Below, one piece after another: positions 23,871 to 33,179 of a stretch of DNA of 64,000 bases. Source of the DNA: Azolla caroliniana (lineage: Eukaryota > Plantae > Polypodiophyta). Each line of letters starts with the position of its first letter. Position 1 is the first letter of the stretch. Location: the NCBI GenBank assembly GCA_043228905.1, contig JBHGNT010000010.1:11222001-11286000 (forward strand). Reading direction: 5' to 3'. The notes beneath the pieces were generated by a model, which searched no databases, was not told the DNA's origin, and worked only from the letters and a program-made list of their open reading frames with translations. The translations under genes and the position numbers were made by a program.

Positions 23871-26753
23871 TCAGTCTTCCTTCAAATTATCAGGCAAACT
23901 CCGCTCCGAGGTTTCAAGTGTTGTTTTGCCTGTGCCGTCTCCGACGTCCGATTGGATTGGCTGCCTTTTCGCATCTTGCTGCTCCGACTCTGCTTGTACC
24001 GGTGGTACCGGTGTTTCTTCTGTATCCTGTCTGGGTCTGTCCTGCTCCACCTCCGTTCCGTTCCCGGTATCGCTCTCTCCGGTTTCCACTGGTTGTGTCC
24101 TTTCCTCCCCGGATTCGGTACTTCTCTGTCTCCACTCTGCATCATCCCCGGCATCAACCTGCTCTTGCTCCGGAAGTTCTTCCTCGGGTACATTGTTGGT
24201 TGGGTCCTCTTCAGCCGGTCGCTCGCCCTCACTAATGGAGATCGGCGTTGTGTGTCCCTCAGCTTCCTGTCGCAGTCGGTCCTTCTCGTACCCTTCCAAT
24301 TCTAGTTGGGTTTCGAGCTGTCCGTCATCCAACCTCTCTACTAACCCTCGGATTTCCTTGAGATGTTCTTCTGCTAGAGCATAGAAATCCTCCGACAGTT
24401 CTTCCCGGATGTTGACGATACTTTCTTCGTCCATTTTATAGAACCCATCTCCGTTTTTCTTCCGATTTTCTGCATCAGCTCGGAGTATCTGCAGTTCAGC
24501 GGCCTGTTGTGCCCATTCCTTCCAGAGTTTCTCCGTGCTTTCATTTATGCTGGCCTGAGCTCGGGTACTCCAGCTTGACATGATGAACTTAATTCGGTCA
24601 ACCCCTGCTTTAGCCTGTTCCGAAGCTGCTTGTTTTTCCTTCCTTATCCGTTTGATGATGTCGGCCATTAACTGAGCTTGAGCTTCAGAGTCGACTTTCT
24701 GCTTGTCACAGGTACTCCGCCATTTGTTGATTTCGAAAGTCAACTTCACTTTTTCCTCGTTCCGGCTCTTTGTCAGTTCCCCTACTTTCTGCCGAAGTAC
24801 TTCCATCTCCTTTCTTTGTTCCGACGTCAAGGTCTTCTCCGCCGATACTTCCTCCCTTGCTTTGGACAATTCCAAGCGGTTTTCCTTGAGCTGCTCTTTC
24901 AGCTTCTCCATCTGTCGGTCGTACGTTGCTGCCTGATTCTTGATGTCCGACGTGGCCTGTTTATAATCCTTACATAGTCGGTCGAATTCCTCCGTCTTCT
25001 GTTTTAGGCGTCGGTTCGCCTGAGCTCGCAACTGATCATCCCGGTCCTTTTGTTGTCGGAGTTCCTCTCGCAACCGCTCAATTTCCTGCTCCATTCGGCG
25101 GCGCAGCCTATCTTTTTCCTTTTGCAGTGTCCCGTTTTCTTCTTGTAGTCGGTCATTGGTGGCTTTGCTTCGGCGAAGGCCTTCCTCCATTCGCCGTCTG
25201 TCGTCTTCTACCAACTTCCGCTGTTCTCTTTCGTTATCTCTCAATGCCTCCTGAGCCTGTAATTCTTCTTTCAAAGTTGCTATTAACTTCTCGGTCTCAG
25301 GGCCGGTTTGCAAGACCTTCTCCGTTTGTGGTTCGGCTTGCTTTTCTGATGTCCCGACCGGCTCGGTGCCATCTCGTGCTTGTCGGCTGCCTTCTTTTGC
25401 CTGTGCTATCTCTTCTTGCAGCTCATGTAATTGTGCCCGGAGCATGACCATATCCTTAGTCATCGTCCTAGTCACTTCTTCTCTTTGCTCCTCCTCTTTC
25501 TCCATCTGGTCTGCTACTCCCGACAACTGTCCTGACAACCACCTTAGCCATTGTGCCTTTGTTCTGCCTTCGTTGGTGTCAGCAGGCGTGCCTAGCTCCG
25601 GCTGTTTCTCCGGCCTCTTCTCTTGTTCCGGCGCTTGTTCCTTCCTTGGTTCTTCGAACTCCGCCGCTGTCGGTTCCGGTACTGCCGTCTTTGGTGCAGA
25701 CGAACCTTCATCCTGTGTCGCTTCTGTTCCGGTTACTGGTTCTTCCGCCCGTTGTTGAGTTCCGACCGCTGTTGGGGTCGGTCTTGTCGCCCGTTTCTCC
25801 TTCCCTTGCCTGGGTGGTAGTATTAACATCGGTTCGGATGACTCTTCCTCTGTTTCGGCGTCCTCCGTCGCTGCGACTATCGGTTCCTTTACTGGTACCG
25901 GTTCCGATTCGAGCGTTACTGGTTCGGTGTCGGTTTGTCTCTTGCTGGTTTTCTTCGCCAGCTTCTCCTTGCCTTTCTCCGCCTTTTTCTTCTTCGTGGT
26001 CGGTTGCTGTTGCTGTTTCTGTGGCTGTCGTGATGAGCCTTCCTCCCGTTGCTGTCGGGAGGAGTCTTCTTCCCTCGGTTGTCGAGATGAGCCTTCTTTC
26101 CGCGGCTGTCGGGATGATCCCTCTTCTGGCGGCGCTTCTTCTTCCTGTGTCCATCCTGGAGTGTGTTTTTCTAAGATTCGTCGGCGTTTCATGGTTTGCT
26201 TCGGGGTAGTCTCCTGCCGACTTCTTTGCTTGTGCTTGATGGGGGACACCGGTGGGACCAACACTGTTAACCATTGGGATATTCCGGACCATGGCTTCTT
26301 CCCTTCCACCAAGTGCTTGATCGCCTCTTGCAGTCCTTCGGTGATGAAGTGGAGCCAGTCCACCTGCAGGCCTTCGAATGTCGCGGCGACGATCGCTGCT
26401 CGGTATTTGGCTATAGCTGCCGGACGAGGGTTCACGAACCCATACTCCATCAGGGCGCGGGCCACCTCTCCGAACAGCAGGTTCTCTCCGCCCTGTGTGC
26501 GATACGCCTTGCTGCTAAGGGAGTATTCGCCGAAATACTCGAAGAATATTTGGCTCGAGGGTAGCTCTATCGTCTGAAGTCCTCCCTCCGAAATCCCTGT
26601 GAGCGCTTGTACCGCTCCTTCAGTGACCTCTGCTAAGTCTACCGCTGTTGCCGCCTGCTCTGGTTCCTTGTGTGGTGGAGCATCAGCGACCCGCAGCAGC
26701 CCTCCTAATCCGTTCTCCGTCAGCCATTGTCGCGCTCCGTCCGACAGTGCCAT
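23871..26753 (-). CDS. B ORF2, ~960 aa: globular N-terminal domain (resembles plant-transposon eORF domains), acidic/Pro linker, long coiled coil, acidic tail
   Basis: Open frame 23871-26990; MALS start chosen because it is conserved in A (MALSEEARQW) and D (MEPQTLSEAARKW) and follows a conserved TATA box; homologues in A, D and E. Confidence 0.88.
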   Translation of the reverse strand: MALSDGARQWLTENGLGGLLRVADAPPHKEPEQAATAVDLAEVTEGAVQALTGISEGGLQTIELPSSQIFFEYFGEYSLSSKAYRTQGGENLLFGEVARALMEYGFVNPRPAAIAKYRAAIVAATFEGLQVDWLHFITEGLQEAIKHLVEGKKPWSGISQWLTVLVPPVSPIKHKQRSRQETTPKQTMKRRRILEKHTPGWTQEEEAPPEEGSSRQPRKEGSSRQPREEDSSRQQREEGSSRQPQKQQQQPTTKKKKAEKGKEKLAKKTSKRQTDTEPVTLESEPVPVKEPIVAATEDAETEEESSEPMLILPPRQGKEKRATRPTPTAVGTQQRAEEPVTGTEATQDEGSSAPKTAVPEPTAAEFEEPRKEQAPEQEKRPEKQPELGTPADTNEGRTKAQWLRWLSGQLSGVADQMEKEEEQREEVTRTMTKDMVMLRAQLHELQEEIAQAKEGSRQARDGTEPVGTSEKQAEPQTEKVLQTGPETEKLIATLKEELQAQEALRDNEREQRKLVEDDRRRMEEGLRRSKATNDRLQEENGTLQKEKDRLRRRMEQEIERLREELRQQKDRDDQLRAQANRRLKQKTEEFDRLCKDYKQATSDIKNQAATYDRQMEKLKEQLKENRLELSKAREEVSAEKTLTSEQRKEMEVLRQKVGELTKSRNEEKVKLTFEINKWRSTCDKQKVDSEAQAQLMADIIKRIRKEKQAASEQAKAGVDRIKFIMSSWSTRAQASINESTEKLWKEWAQQAAELQILRADAENRKKNGDGFYKMDEESIVNIREELSEDFYALAEEHLKEIRGLVERLDDGQLETQLELEGYEKDRLRQEAEGHTTPISISEGERPAEEDPTNNVPEEELPEQEQVDAGDDAEWRQRSTESGEERTQPVETGESDTGNGTEVEQDRPRQDTEETPVPPVQAESEQQDAKRQPIQSDVGDGTGKTTLETSERSLPDNLKED

Positions 26754-26886
26754 CGCTTCTTCTTCGTTTGCTGCTGCCTGTGGTCTGAGGTCGGGGTGTA
26801 GGTGTTCTGCGCGTCGGATCTTGCTGTTATGAGCCTGCGTTTGCTTGTGGGAAAATTCGTAAAAAGTGAACCCTTCCCCGGTTCTT

Positions 26887-26897
26887 CCTTTATATAG
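26887..26897 (-). promoter_or_regulatory. Putative internal TATA box for ORF2 (CTATATAAAGG)
   Basis: TATATAA conserved at 21021-21027 in A, at the same ~135-nt distance from the MALS ATG. Confidence 0.55.
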
Positions 26898-27266
26898 TGG
26901 CGTTTCCCTCGAGCCGCCTTTTCCTGTTTTTCGCGCGTGCGTATCTTCTGCCATAATTAGCATCTTACTTTTTAATTTCGGCGTCTGCACGTCCTCTGCC
27001 TCGAATAGTATGTCCTATTTATGGCGCCTGCGCATGCTCTGTCATGAATAGCATGTCTGTCCTTTGCTGCCGCGTGTCATGCCTGCGCTTCTTTGGCGCG
27101 TGTCGAATCTCCTATGTGTCTGTCATTATGACTCCTTGATTGCCGCGCGTGTTAAATCTTGTACACCGGCCTCCCACGTTCTGCGCTTTAAATAGCTCGT
27201 GCACCCGTGTGACGGTTGTAACTACTTCCTTCATTACATTGATTTCTAACCGTAGCACCACGTCAT

Positions 27267-27268
<2 letters not shown>

Positions 27269-27316
<48 letters not shown>
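27269..27316 (-). repeat. Poly(A) tract (sense strand) just after the pol stop
   Basis: 48-nt T run on the + strand; equivalent tracts at 56115-56137 (D) and 21261-21287 (A). Confidence 0.9.
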
Positions 27317-27321
<5 letters not shown>

Positions 27322-27331
27322 CTGTGCCTCA

Positions 27332-30300
27332 TCATTGTTCGGTTCCCCCCGATATGTTCGGGTCGGTGTGCACTGTTGTCAGTTCCTCGTCGTTGTTACG
27401 CGTCGGTGTCGGTTCCTCGCAATTCGGGTTTTCCGGGTTTTGCTTGAAGGGGTTAGCTGGCATGTGCCCTTTATACGGTTTTAGGCGAAACCCATTTGCC
27501 CATTTACCCACAACTTCTCCTGACAACGTCCCGAGCTGGTAAGACCCATTGTACTCCTTTGTGATCCAGAATGGTCCGGTCCACCGAAATCGCAATTTCC
27601 CCGGCATGTTCCCCATCCGTGTCTGGAACAGCAATACTGGTTTCCCGACTTCGAATTCCTTTTCGTTACCGCGCCGATGTCGGTCTACAAAGGCTTTCCT
27701 CCTCCTTTGCTCTAGTTCTAGCTGTAGTAGGCTGGCTATTCGATTTTCTTCCAGTTCTAACAGCATCTTCAGCCGGATTCGTTCGGATTCCTTCTCGCTT
27801 AACCGCTCCTTAACCTGTATTCTTAAGCTAGGAATTTGGAATTCTACTGGCATGACTGCTTCCAAGCCGAATGCCAGTCGGAACGGGGTCGTCCGGATGC
27901 TAGTCTTGTACGCCGTTCGGTACGCCCACAGCACGCTCTGCAACTTCGTGTCCCAGTCGGTCCGGTTCTCATTGACGATTTTTCTAAGGATGTTCTGTAG
28001 CGTTTTGTTTGTTGATTCCGCTAATCCGTTGGCTTGAGGGTAGTAGGGAGTGCTTCGTTTGTGTACTACCGCATAGAATGACGTCAAACTTTCTACCACC
28101 TGTCCGAGGAAATGTCCTCCCTGGTCACTGATCAGCTCAATCGGGCATCCGTACCGACACCATATGCATTCATATAAAAATTTGGCCGTGGATGCCGCCG
28201 TGTTGTCCCGTAGTGCCTTTGCTTCTACCCATTTGGTGCAGTAGTCGGTAGCCACTATTATATACCGATTTCCGGTCCGCATTGCCGGTGGCTTAAAGGG
28301 GCCGACAAAGTCCAAGCCCCACTTTTGGAATGGTTCTAATGGCAAGACCGGGTGATGTGGCATCCGGGCCTGCTCCGTGGGTTGGCCCAGTCGTTGACAG
28401 AGGTCGCATTCCCTGCTATACTTAACGGCATCTCTCATGGTAGTAGGCCACCATAGTCCGCTCTGCCATATCTTCCGGGCTGTTGTTTCGCCGACATAAT
28501 GCCCGCCTGCAATTCCACAGTGGGCTTCCCTCAGGATCAGATCCTTTTCATCGCTCCGCACTGCTCGTCTCCATACGCCATCTGCCCCCTTGTGATAGAG
28601 GGTGTCTCCTACCAAGCAGAAATGTCTGCTCCGTACTGCCATCCTCTTCCGTTCGTCTCGGTCCAAGTTTTCCGGGGGAACTCCGGTGCTCAGGAACTGA
28701 TGCATTTCGGTTAACCATTTGTCTTCGTCCGCTACTGTGGTCTCCGTTGCCGGTGCCGTCGTGACCTTAAACAGCTCGGCGTCGGGAAATTCATCCTGTA
28801 CGCCGTCCCCTGATTCTCCGGATTCTAGTCTGCTCAGGTAGTCTGCTACCGCATGCTGCACCCCGGGTCGGTGGAAAATGTCGAATTCGAATTCCTGTAA
28901 TAGCAGCGTCCACCGTGCGAGTTTTCCTGTCAGGGCTGCCTTTGAGACCAGGTGGAGTAGTGCCGAGTGGTCAACGTGGAAGGAGAACTTTCGTCCGAGC
29001 AGATAGTGCCTGTACTTTGTGACACTGTACACCATTCCTAATGCCTCTCGTTCCGTTGTAGAGTAGTTCCGTTCGGCTTTCGAGAGTTTCCTGCTTGCGT
29101 AGTACACCGGCCGATACCATTTCGGTTCCGTGAGTTGCATCAAAACACTGCCGATTGCTACGTCCGACGCGTCGACGAAGACGTGAAAGCTTTTACTCCA
29201 GTCCGGCGGCTGCACCACCGGGGCTTGTGACAGCATGACCTTCAACGCTTGGTAGGCTGCCTCCTCCATTTCTGTCCATTGGAAAGGTACTCTATGTACA
29301 GCAGCGTGCAATGGTGTCGCAAAGTCGGCAAGGTGCCGTACCATCCGACTATGCCACCTTATTTGACCAAGGAATCGGCTTAAAGCTTTTGCGCTATTCG
29401 GTGCCGGTGCGTCGAGAATTGCTTTTACCTTATCCGGATCTACCGCGATTCCTTCTCGACTCACCACGTGGCCTAACAAATTGCCGCTGGCGACTCCAAA
29501 GACGCACTTCGCCGGGTTCAGACTTAATCGGTACTCGCGGCACTTTTCTAAGCATAGTCGTAGGTGATCGAGATGCTCTCCCTGTCGGCTGTAGACGGCG
29601 AAATCGTCTAGGAAGACCTGCATAAAACCGGGAATAAAATCACCGAAGATTTCCATAATTATCCTTTGAAATGTTGCAGGGGCTGTCTTTAATCCGAACA
29701 TCATCACGACCGCGACGAACACTCCCCATTCCGTCACGAACGCTGTTTTTTCTTGGTCGGCCGGGTTCATTCGGATTTGGTTGTAGCCGCTGAATCCGTC
29801 CAGGAAGCTGTAAACTTCGTGGCCGGCCACCGCATCTAGCACTCCGTCCGTGAATGGTAGTGGAAAAGCGTCGGTCACTGTCGCGGCATTTAGTTTCCTG
29901 TAGTCCACACATACCCGGATTTTGCCGTTCTTTTTCGGGACCACCACTATCGGGCTTAGCCAGGTTGCCTGCTTGACTGGTCGGATAAATCCGACCCGGA
30001 GAAGCTTGTCAATTTCCTCCTTCACCTTTGCCGCATAGTTTGGATTCATCCGGTACCGACGTTGAGCGATGGGCTTCGCGTCAGTACTTAGATGAATTTG
30101 GTGCTGGTAGAGCTGGGGGTCCAACCCTCGCATGTCTTCGTATGACCATGCGAACACGTCCTTGAAATCCGTTAACAGTGCTACCATTGCCTGTTTTTCC
30201 TCCTTCGGCAATTCCTTCGCGACTTTTACCGGTCGGGGTTGTTCTGTTGTGCCGAGGTCCACCTCTTCCAGCTGGGATGCTTTCACCCTTTGGGATATCG

Positions 30301-33133
30301 TCATTTCTCTTTCTAGGGCTTCCTGTGCTTGGCGTAGTTCCCGGATCGCCACTTTGTCCGGCTCGTCCGGCATTGTGATGTACGGCTCTACTGCTGCCGT
30401 GATATCCACCTCAAAAAGTGGAACGATCTGTGGGTGTTCCTCGAGGTACTGATCAATTTCTTCATCCGGTAAGCCCTCCAACATGTTGATGCTTTCGGCA
30501 TATAAAGGGGTTGCCTCCTTGCTAGTGAGCACCCGTGGTTGCGTGGCTACCCGTACCTTTGTTTTCCCTCGTCGGAACGTGATCATATTCTTTTGCCAAT
30601 TTTGCTTGATATGCGCCGTTCGCAGCCATGGTCGTCCTAACAGTAGGGGATATGCGCCTTGTACATTCAGCTCTAGTACCACGGCCGATATTCGGAATAC
30701 GTGGCCTCCTATTGTTACTTCCAAGTCCCGGATAAGACCAGTTGGTCGGACTGAGCTTGTATCCGCCATGCGTAACCAGAAGGGGCATGGTTCCCACTCC
30801 TGGATGCCTAGGTCGTCGCATGTCTGTCGACTAATGACGTTCACCCCGGAGCCTCCGTCAATAATTGTTCCTGGAATCTCCTTTCCTTTGACGATTGTCG
30901 TGATTGCTGGGCTACTGGTATCAACCACCGCTGGGCCTTCCTCCGGGTTGGAGAAAAATGCCGGTGCCGGCGTCGGCGTCGGTTTGCTTACGGCGGCTTG
31001 TAAGTCTGCTGTGAACCGCGGCACCAACTGCAGTAACCGTGCCAACGGCAGCACGATCTGACAATCTTGTAGTGCTTGCCATGTCGGGTTTTCTCCTGGC
31101 TGTACGATTTCTTCCTCCCTTGGCATATTTTGGTTTCTTACTTCCGCCGCACCTTGTTCGTTGGCTTCTTTGATCCATTGTGCCGCTTGTTTTCTGATTG
31201 CTTCCTGGGCTTCCCATTCGGCGGCCTTCCCTTTCGACCGCGTGATAACCTGCTGTACGTCGGCTGTCACCATGTTGACTGCTGGCTGCTTGTCGGCTGT
31301 TTTGCTTGGGCATTGATTACTGTAATGCCCTTCTTTTCGGCAGTAATAACAATACACCCTGTGCGTGTTGCTGGATTCTCCTTTTTCCCATGTTTGGGGA
31401 AGGGGCATTCCCCGGCGGTTGTCCTCGGTTTTTCGGTTCTCCGGTGCCGCTACTGGTTTGTCATTCTTTGTTGCCTCCCGACGCTCCTCTCTACGGAAGA
31501 ATCCACGCCTTTGGTTCCGTTGGAAATTCCGGTTTCCTGGCCGCCTTTCTTCTCTTCGTCGCTCGTATTCCGGGGATTCGTCTCGGTCGTACCGGTCCCG
31601 GGGGTGGCTATCCCTTCGGTTCTCCTCTCGGTCGTACCGGTCCCTGGGGTAGCTATCCCTTCGGTTCTCCTCTCGGTCGTACCGGTCCCGGGGGTAGCTA
31701 TCCCTTCGGTTCTCCTCTCGGTCATAGCTGTCGCGTCTTCTATCGGGGTATCTGTCGCCGCGTTCTCGTCGGTAGCGGTCGTCCCTCCGGAATCGATTCT
31801 CTTCCGGGTCCCGATTGCGCGGTTCAATGTGTCGGACCGGTGCCGCTTGTCGAGTTAACAGGTTATACTCGCATTGGTTCGTTGTGTGGGCGCGAGAATT
31901 GCATATCATGCACTGTGCACGCAGGGTGCAGTCGACGGTCGAGTGCCCCGAATTTAGGCATGTTGTGCATTGTAGGGCTTGTCGGAACCGGAGATCCTCC
32001 TCCTTCGGAAGCGCCTGGTGTAACGCCCCCATCGGCAAGAAGGGGCTCGTGGTGTCCATTTCCAGGACCCGATCAATGACTTGGTCCATTGTGCTGGTGC
32101 TGAAATCGATGATTCCACACATCGCTCGAAGTGGGTCTTTTAACGCAGCCAAAAAGACGGCCTTGGCCTCCTCTTCGGGTGGTGCTCTTGCTAATTGACT
32201 GTGCAAGGTCTGGAAACGAACGATAAATTGTGGGACCGTCTCGTTTTCTCCCTGCCGAGTGGTGTAGAATTGTCCGACCAATTCCCTTTGTTCCACTCGT
32301 CTATGAAACAAGCGTAAAAACTGGGTTTTCAATGCCTCGAACGTGGCGAAGCTGCCTGGTAAGTGCTTGTCGTGCCACCGGGCCGCCGGTCCTTCTAATG
32401 TCATGCCGAATTCGGCGACTTTGGATCGGTCGGCCTCGGCCTCCGTCAGTCTCTGGGACACGTGGTTGGCTTCCCATGTTCGCAGGAATGCATACACATG
32501 TGCCTCTCCGTCGGGCTCATCCCGATACTTTGGGTACGGATACGGCATCGTGTCGTCCCACTGATTCTCCTGCGCTGGTTCCTCCGATGTCGGTCTCCGC
32601 TCCTGCGGTTCCTCCGCAGGTGGTGTTGGTATCCGCTCCTGCGGTTCCTCCGCGGGTGGTGTTGGTATCCGCTCCTGCGGTTCCTCCGCGGGTGGTGTTG
32701 GTATCCGCTCCTCCCTCCTCGGCGATTGCCGGTCACCGAACTCCAGAGTTAGTTCCTCCTCTGGCTCCGATGTTGCTGAGTGATCCGACTCAAAGGGGTT
32801 GTTCCCGTGTCTGCTTTTATAGCGGGATCCCACGCTTTCCCCGCTATCCGAATCCGCCTCTAATGTTGCAAATGCCGCTGCGTCCCCGTCGCCGCCAGCG
32901 AGAGTCTGTAGTAGTGTCTCCGCTTCTTGGAGGCTGGTTATGCTACTGCCTTCGTCGGAAGCTTGTAGAACTTGGAACTGCAGTGCGTTTTCTGCGATTT
33001 GCCGAAGCGTTGTTGAGAATGACCGATCGCTCCGGATCTCGTCGACGGCTTGCTGCAAGGCTTCCCGTCGTCGCTGCCGTTCGGCGTGGCGTCTCCCTCT
33101 TTCGGTGATGTGGTCGTTATTTTGTCTAGACAT
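27332..33133 (-). CDS. B Gag-Pol polyprotein, single frame, ~1933 aa (Gag with 3 CCHC knuckles, PR, RT, RNase H, INT; no chromodomain and no extra RNase H)
   Basis: MSRQNNDH start; IIDGGSGVN protease; FAWSY, VCVDYRKLN, FLDGFSGYNQI, FLDD (RT); VDASD (RNase H); HHCC plus DDE integrase and GPF motif; no stops. Confidence 0.97.
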   Translation of the reverse strand: MSRQNNDHITERGRRHAERQRRREALQQAVDEIRSDRSFSTTLRQIAENALQFQVLQASDEGSSITSLQEAETLLQTLAGGDGDAAAFATLEADSDSGESVGSRYKSRHGNNPFESDHSATSEPEEELTLEFGDRQSPRREERIPTPPAEEPQERIPTPPAEEPQERIPTPPAEEPQERRPTSEEPAQENQWDDTMPYPYPKYRDEPDGEAHVYAFLRTWEANHVSQRLTEAEADRSKVAEFGMTLEGPAARWHDKHLPGSFATFEALKTQFLRLFHRRVEQRELVGQFYTTRQGENETVPQFIVRFQTLHSQLARAPPEEEAKAVFLAALKDPLRAMCGIIDFSTSTMDQVIDRVLEMDTTSPFLPMGALHQALPKEEDLRFRQALQCTTCLNSGHSTVDCTLRAQCMICNSRAHTTNQCEYNLLTRQAAPVRHIEPRNRDPEENRFRRDDRYRRERGDRYPDRRRDSYDREENRRDSYPRDRYDREENRRDSYPRDRYDREENRRDSHPRDRYDRDESPEYERRREERRPGNRNFQRNQRRGFFRREERREATKNDKPVAAPENRKTEDNRRGMPLPQTWEKGESSNTHRVYCYYCRKEGHYSNQCPSKTADKQPAVNMVTADVQQVITRSKGKAAEWEAQEAIRKQAAQWIKEANEQGAAEVRNQNMPREEEIVQPGENPTWQALQDCQIVLPLARLLQLVPRFTADLQAAVSKPTPTPAPAFFSNPEEGPAVVDTSSPAITTIVKGKEIPGTIIDGGSGVNVISRQTCDDLGIQEWEPCPFWLRMADTSSVRPTGLIRDLEVTIGGHVFRISAVVLELNVQGAYPLLLGRPWLRTAHIKQNWQKNMITFRRGKTKVRVATQPRVLTSKEATPLYAESINMLEGLPDEEIDQYLEEHPQIVPLFEVDITAAVEPYITMPDEPDKVAIRELRQAQEALEREMTISQRVKASQLEEVDLGTTEQPRPVKVAKELPKEEKQAMVALLTDFKDVFAWSYEDMRGLDPQLYQHQIHLSTDAKPIAQRRYRMNPNYAAKVKEEIDKLLRVGFIRPVKQATWLSPIVVVPKKNGKIRVCVDYRKLNAATVTDAFPLPFTDGVLDAVAGHEVYSFLDGFSGYNQIRMNPADQEKTAFVTEWGVFVAVVMMFGLKTAPATFQRIIMEIFGDFIPGFMQVFLDDFAVYSRQGEHLDHLRLCLEKCREYRLSLNPAKCVFGVASGNLLGHVVSREGIAVDPDKVKAILDAPAPNSAKALSRFLGQIRWHSRMVRHLADFATPLHAAVHRVPFQWTEMEEAAYQALKVMLSQAPVVQPPDWSKSFHVFVDASDVAIGSVLMQLTEPKWYRPVYYASRKLSKAERNYSTTEREALGMVYSVTKYRHYLLGRKFSFHVDHSALLHLVSKAALTGKLARWTLLLQEFEFDIFHRPGVQHAVADYLSRLESGESGDGVQDEFPDAELFKVTTAPATETTVADEDKWLTEMHQFLSTGVPPENLDRDERKRMAVRSRHFCLVGDTLYHKGADGVWRRAVRSDEKDLILREAHCGIAGGHYVGETTARKIWQSGLWWPTTMRDAVKYSRECDLCQRLGQPTEQARMPHHPVLPLEPFQKWGLDFVGPFKPPAMRTGNRYIIVATDYCTKWVEAKALRDNTAASTAKFLYECIWCRYGCPIELISDQGGHFLGQVVESLTSFYAVVHKRSTPYYPQANGLAESTNKTLQNILRKIVNENRTDWDTKLQSVLWAYRTAYKTSIRTTPFRLAFGLEAVMPVEFQIPSLRIQVKERLSEKESERIRLKMLLELEENRIASLLQLELEQRRRKAFVDRHRRGNEKEFEVGKPVLLFQTRMGNMPGKLRFRWTGPFWITKEYNGSYQLGTLSGEVVGKWANGFRLKPYKGHMPANPFKQNPENPNCEEPTPTRNNDEELTTVHTDPNISGGTEQ

Positions 33134-33169
33134 CCATCCCCCGGTTGTCCTCTGCACTCTGCAGGAATC

Positions 33170-33179
33170 GTGGTCGCCA
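33170..33179 (-). promoter_or_regulatory. B 5' PBS TGGCGACCAC (tRNA-Arg(UCG)-like)
   Basis: 6 nt inside the 5' LTR boundary; identical at 37375-37384 (A) and 62014-62023 (D). Confidence 0.8.
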
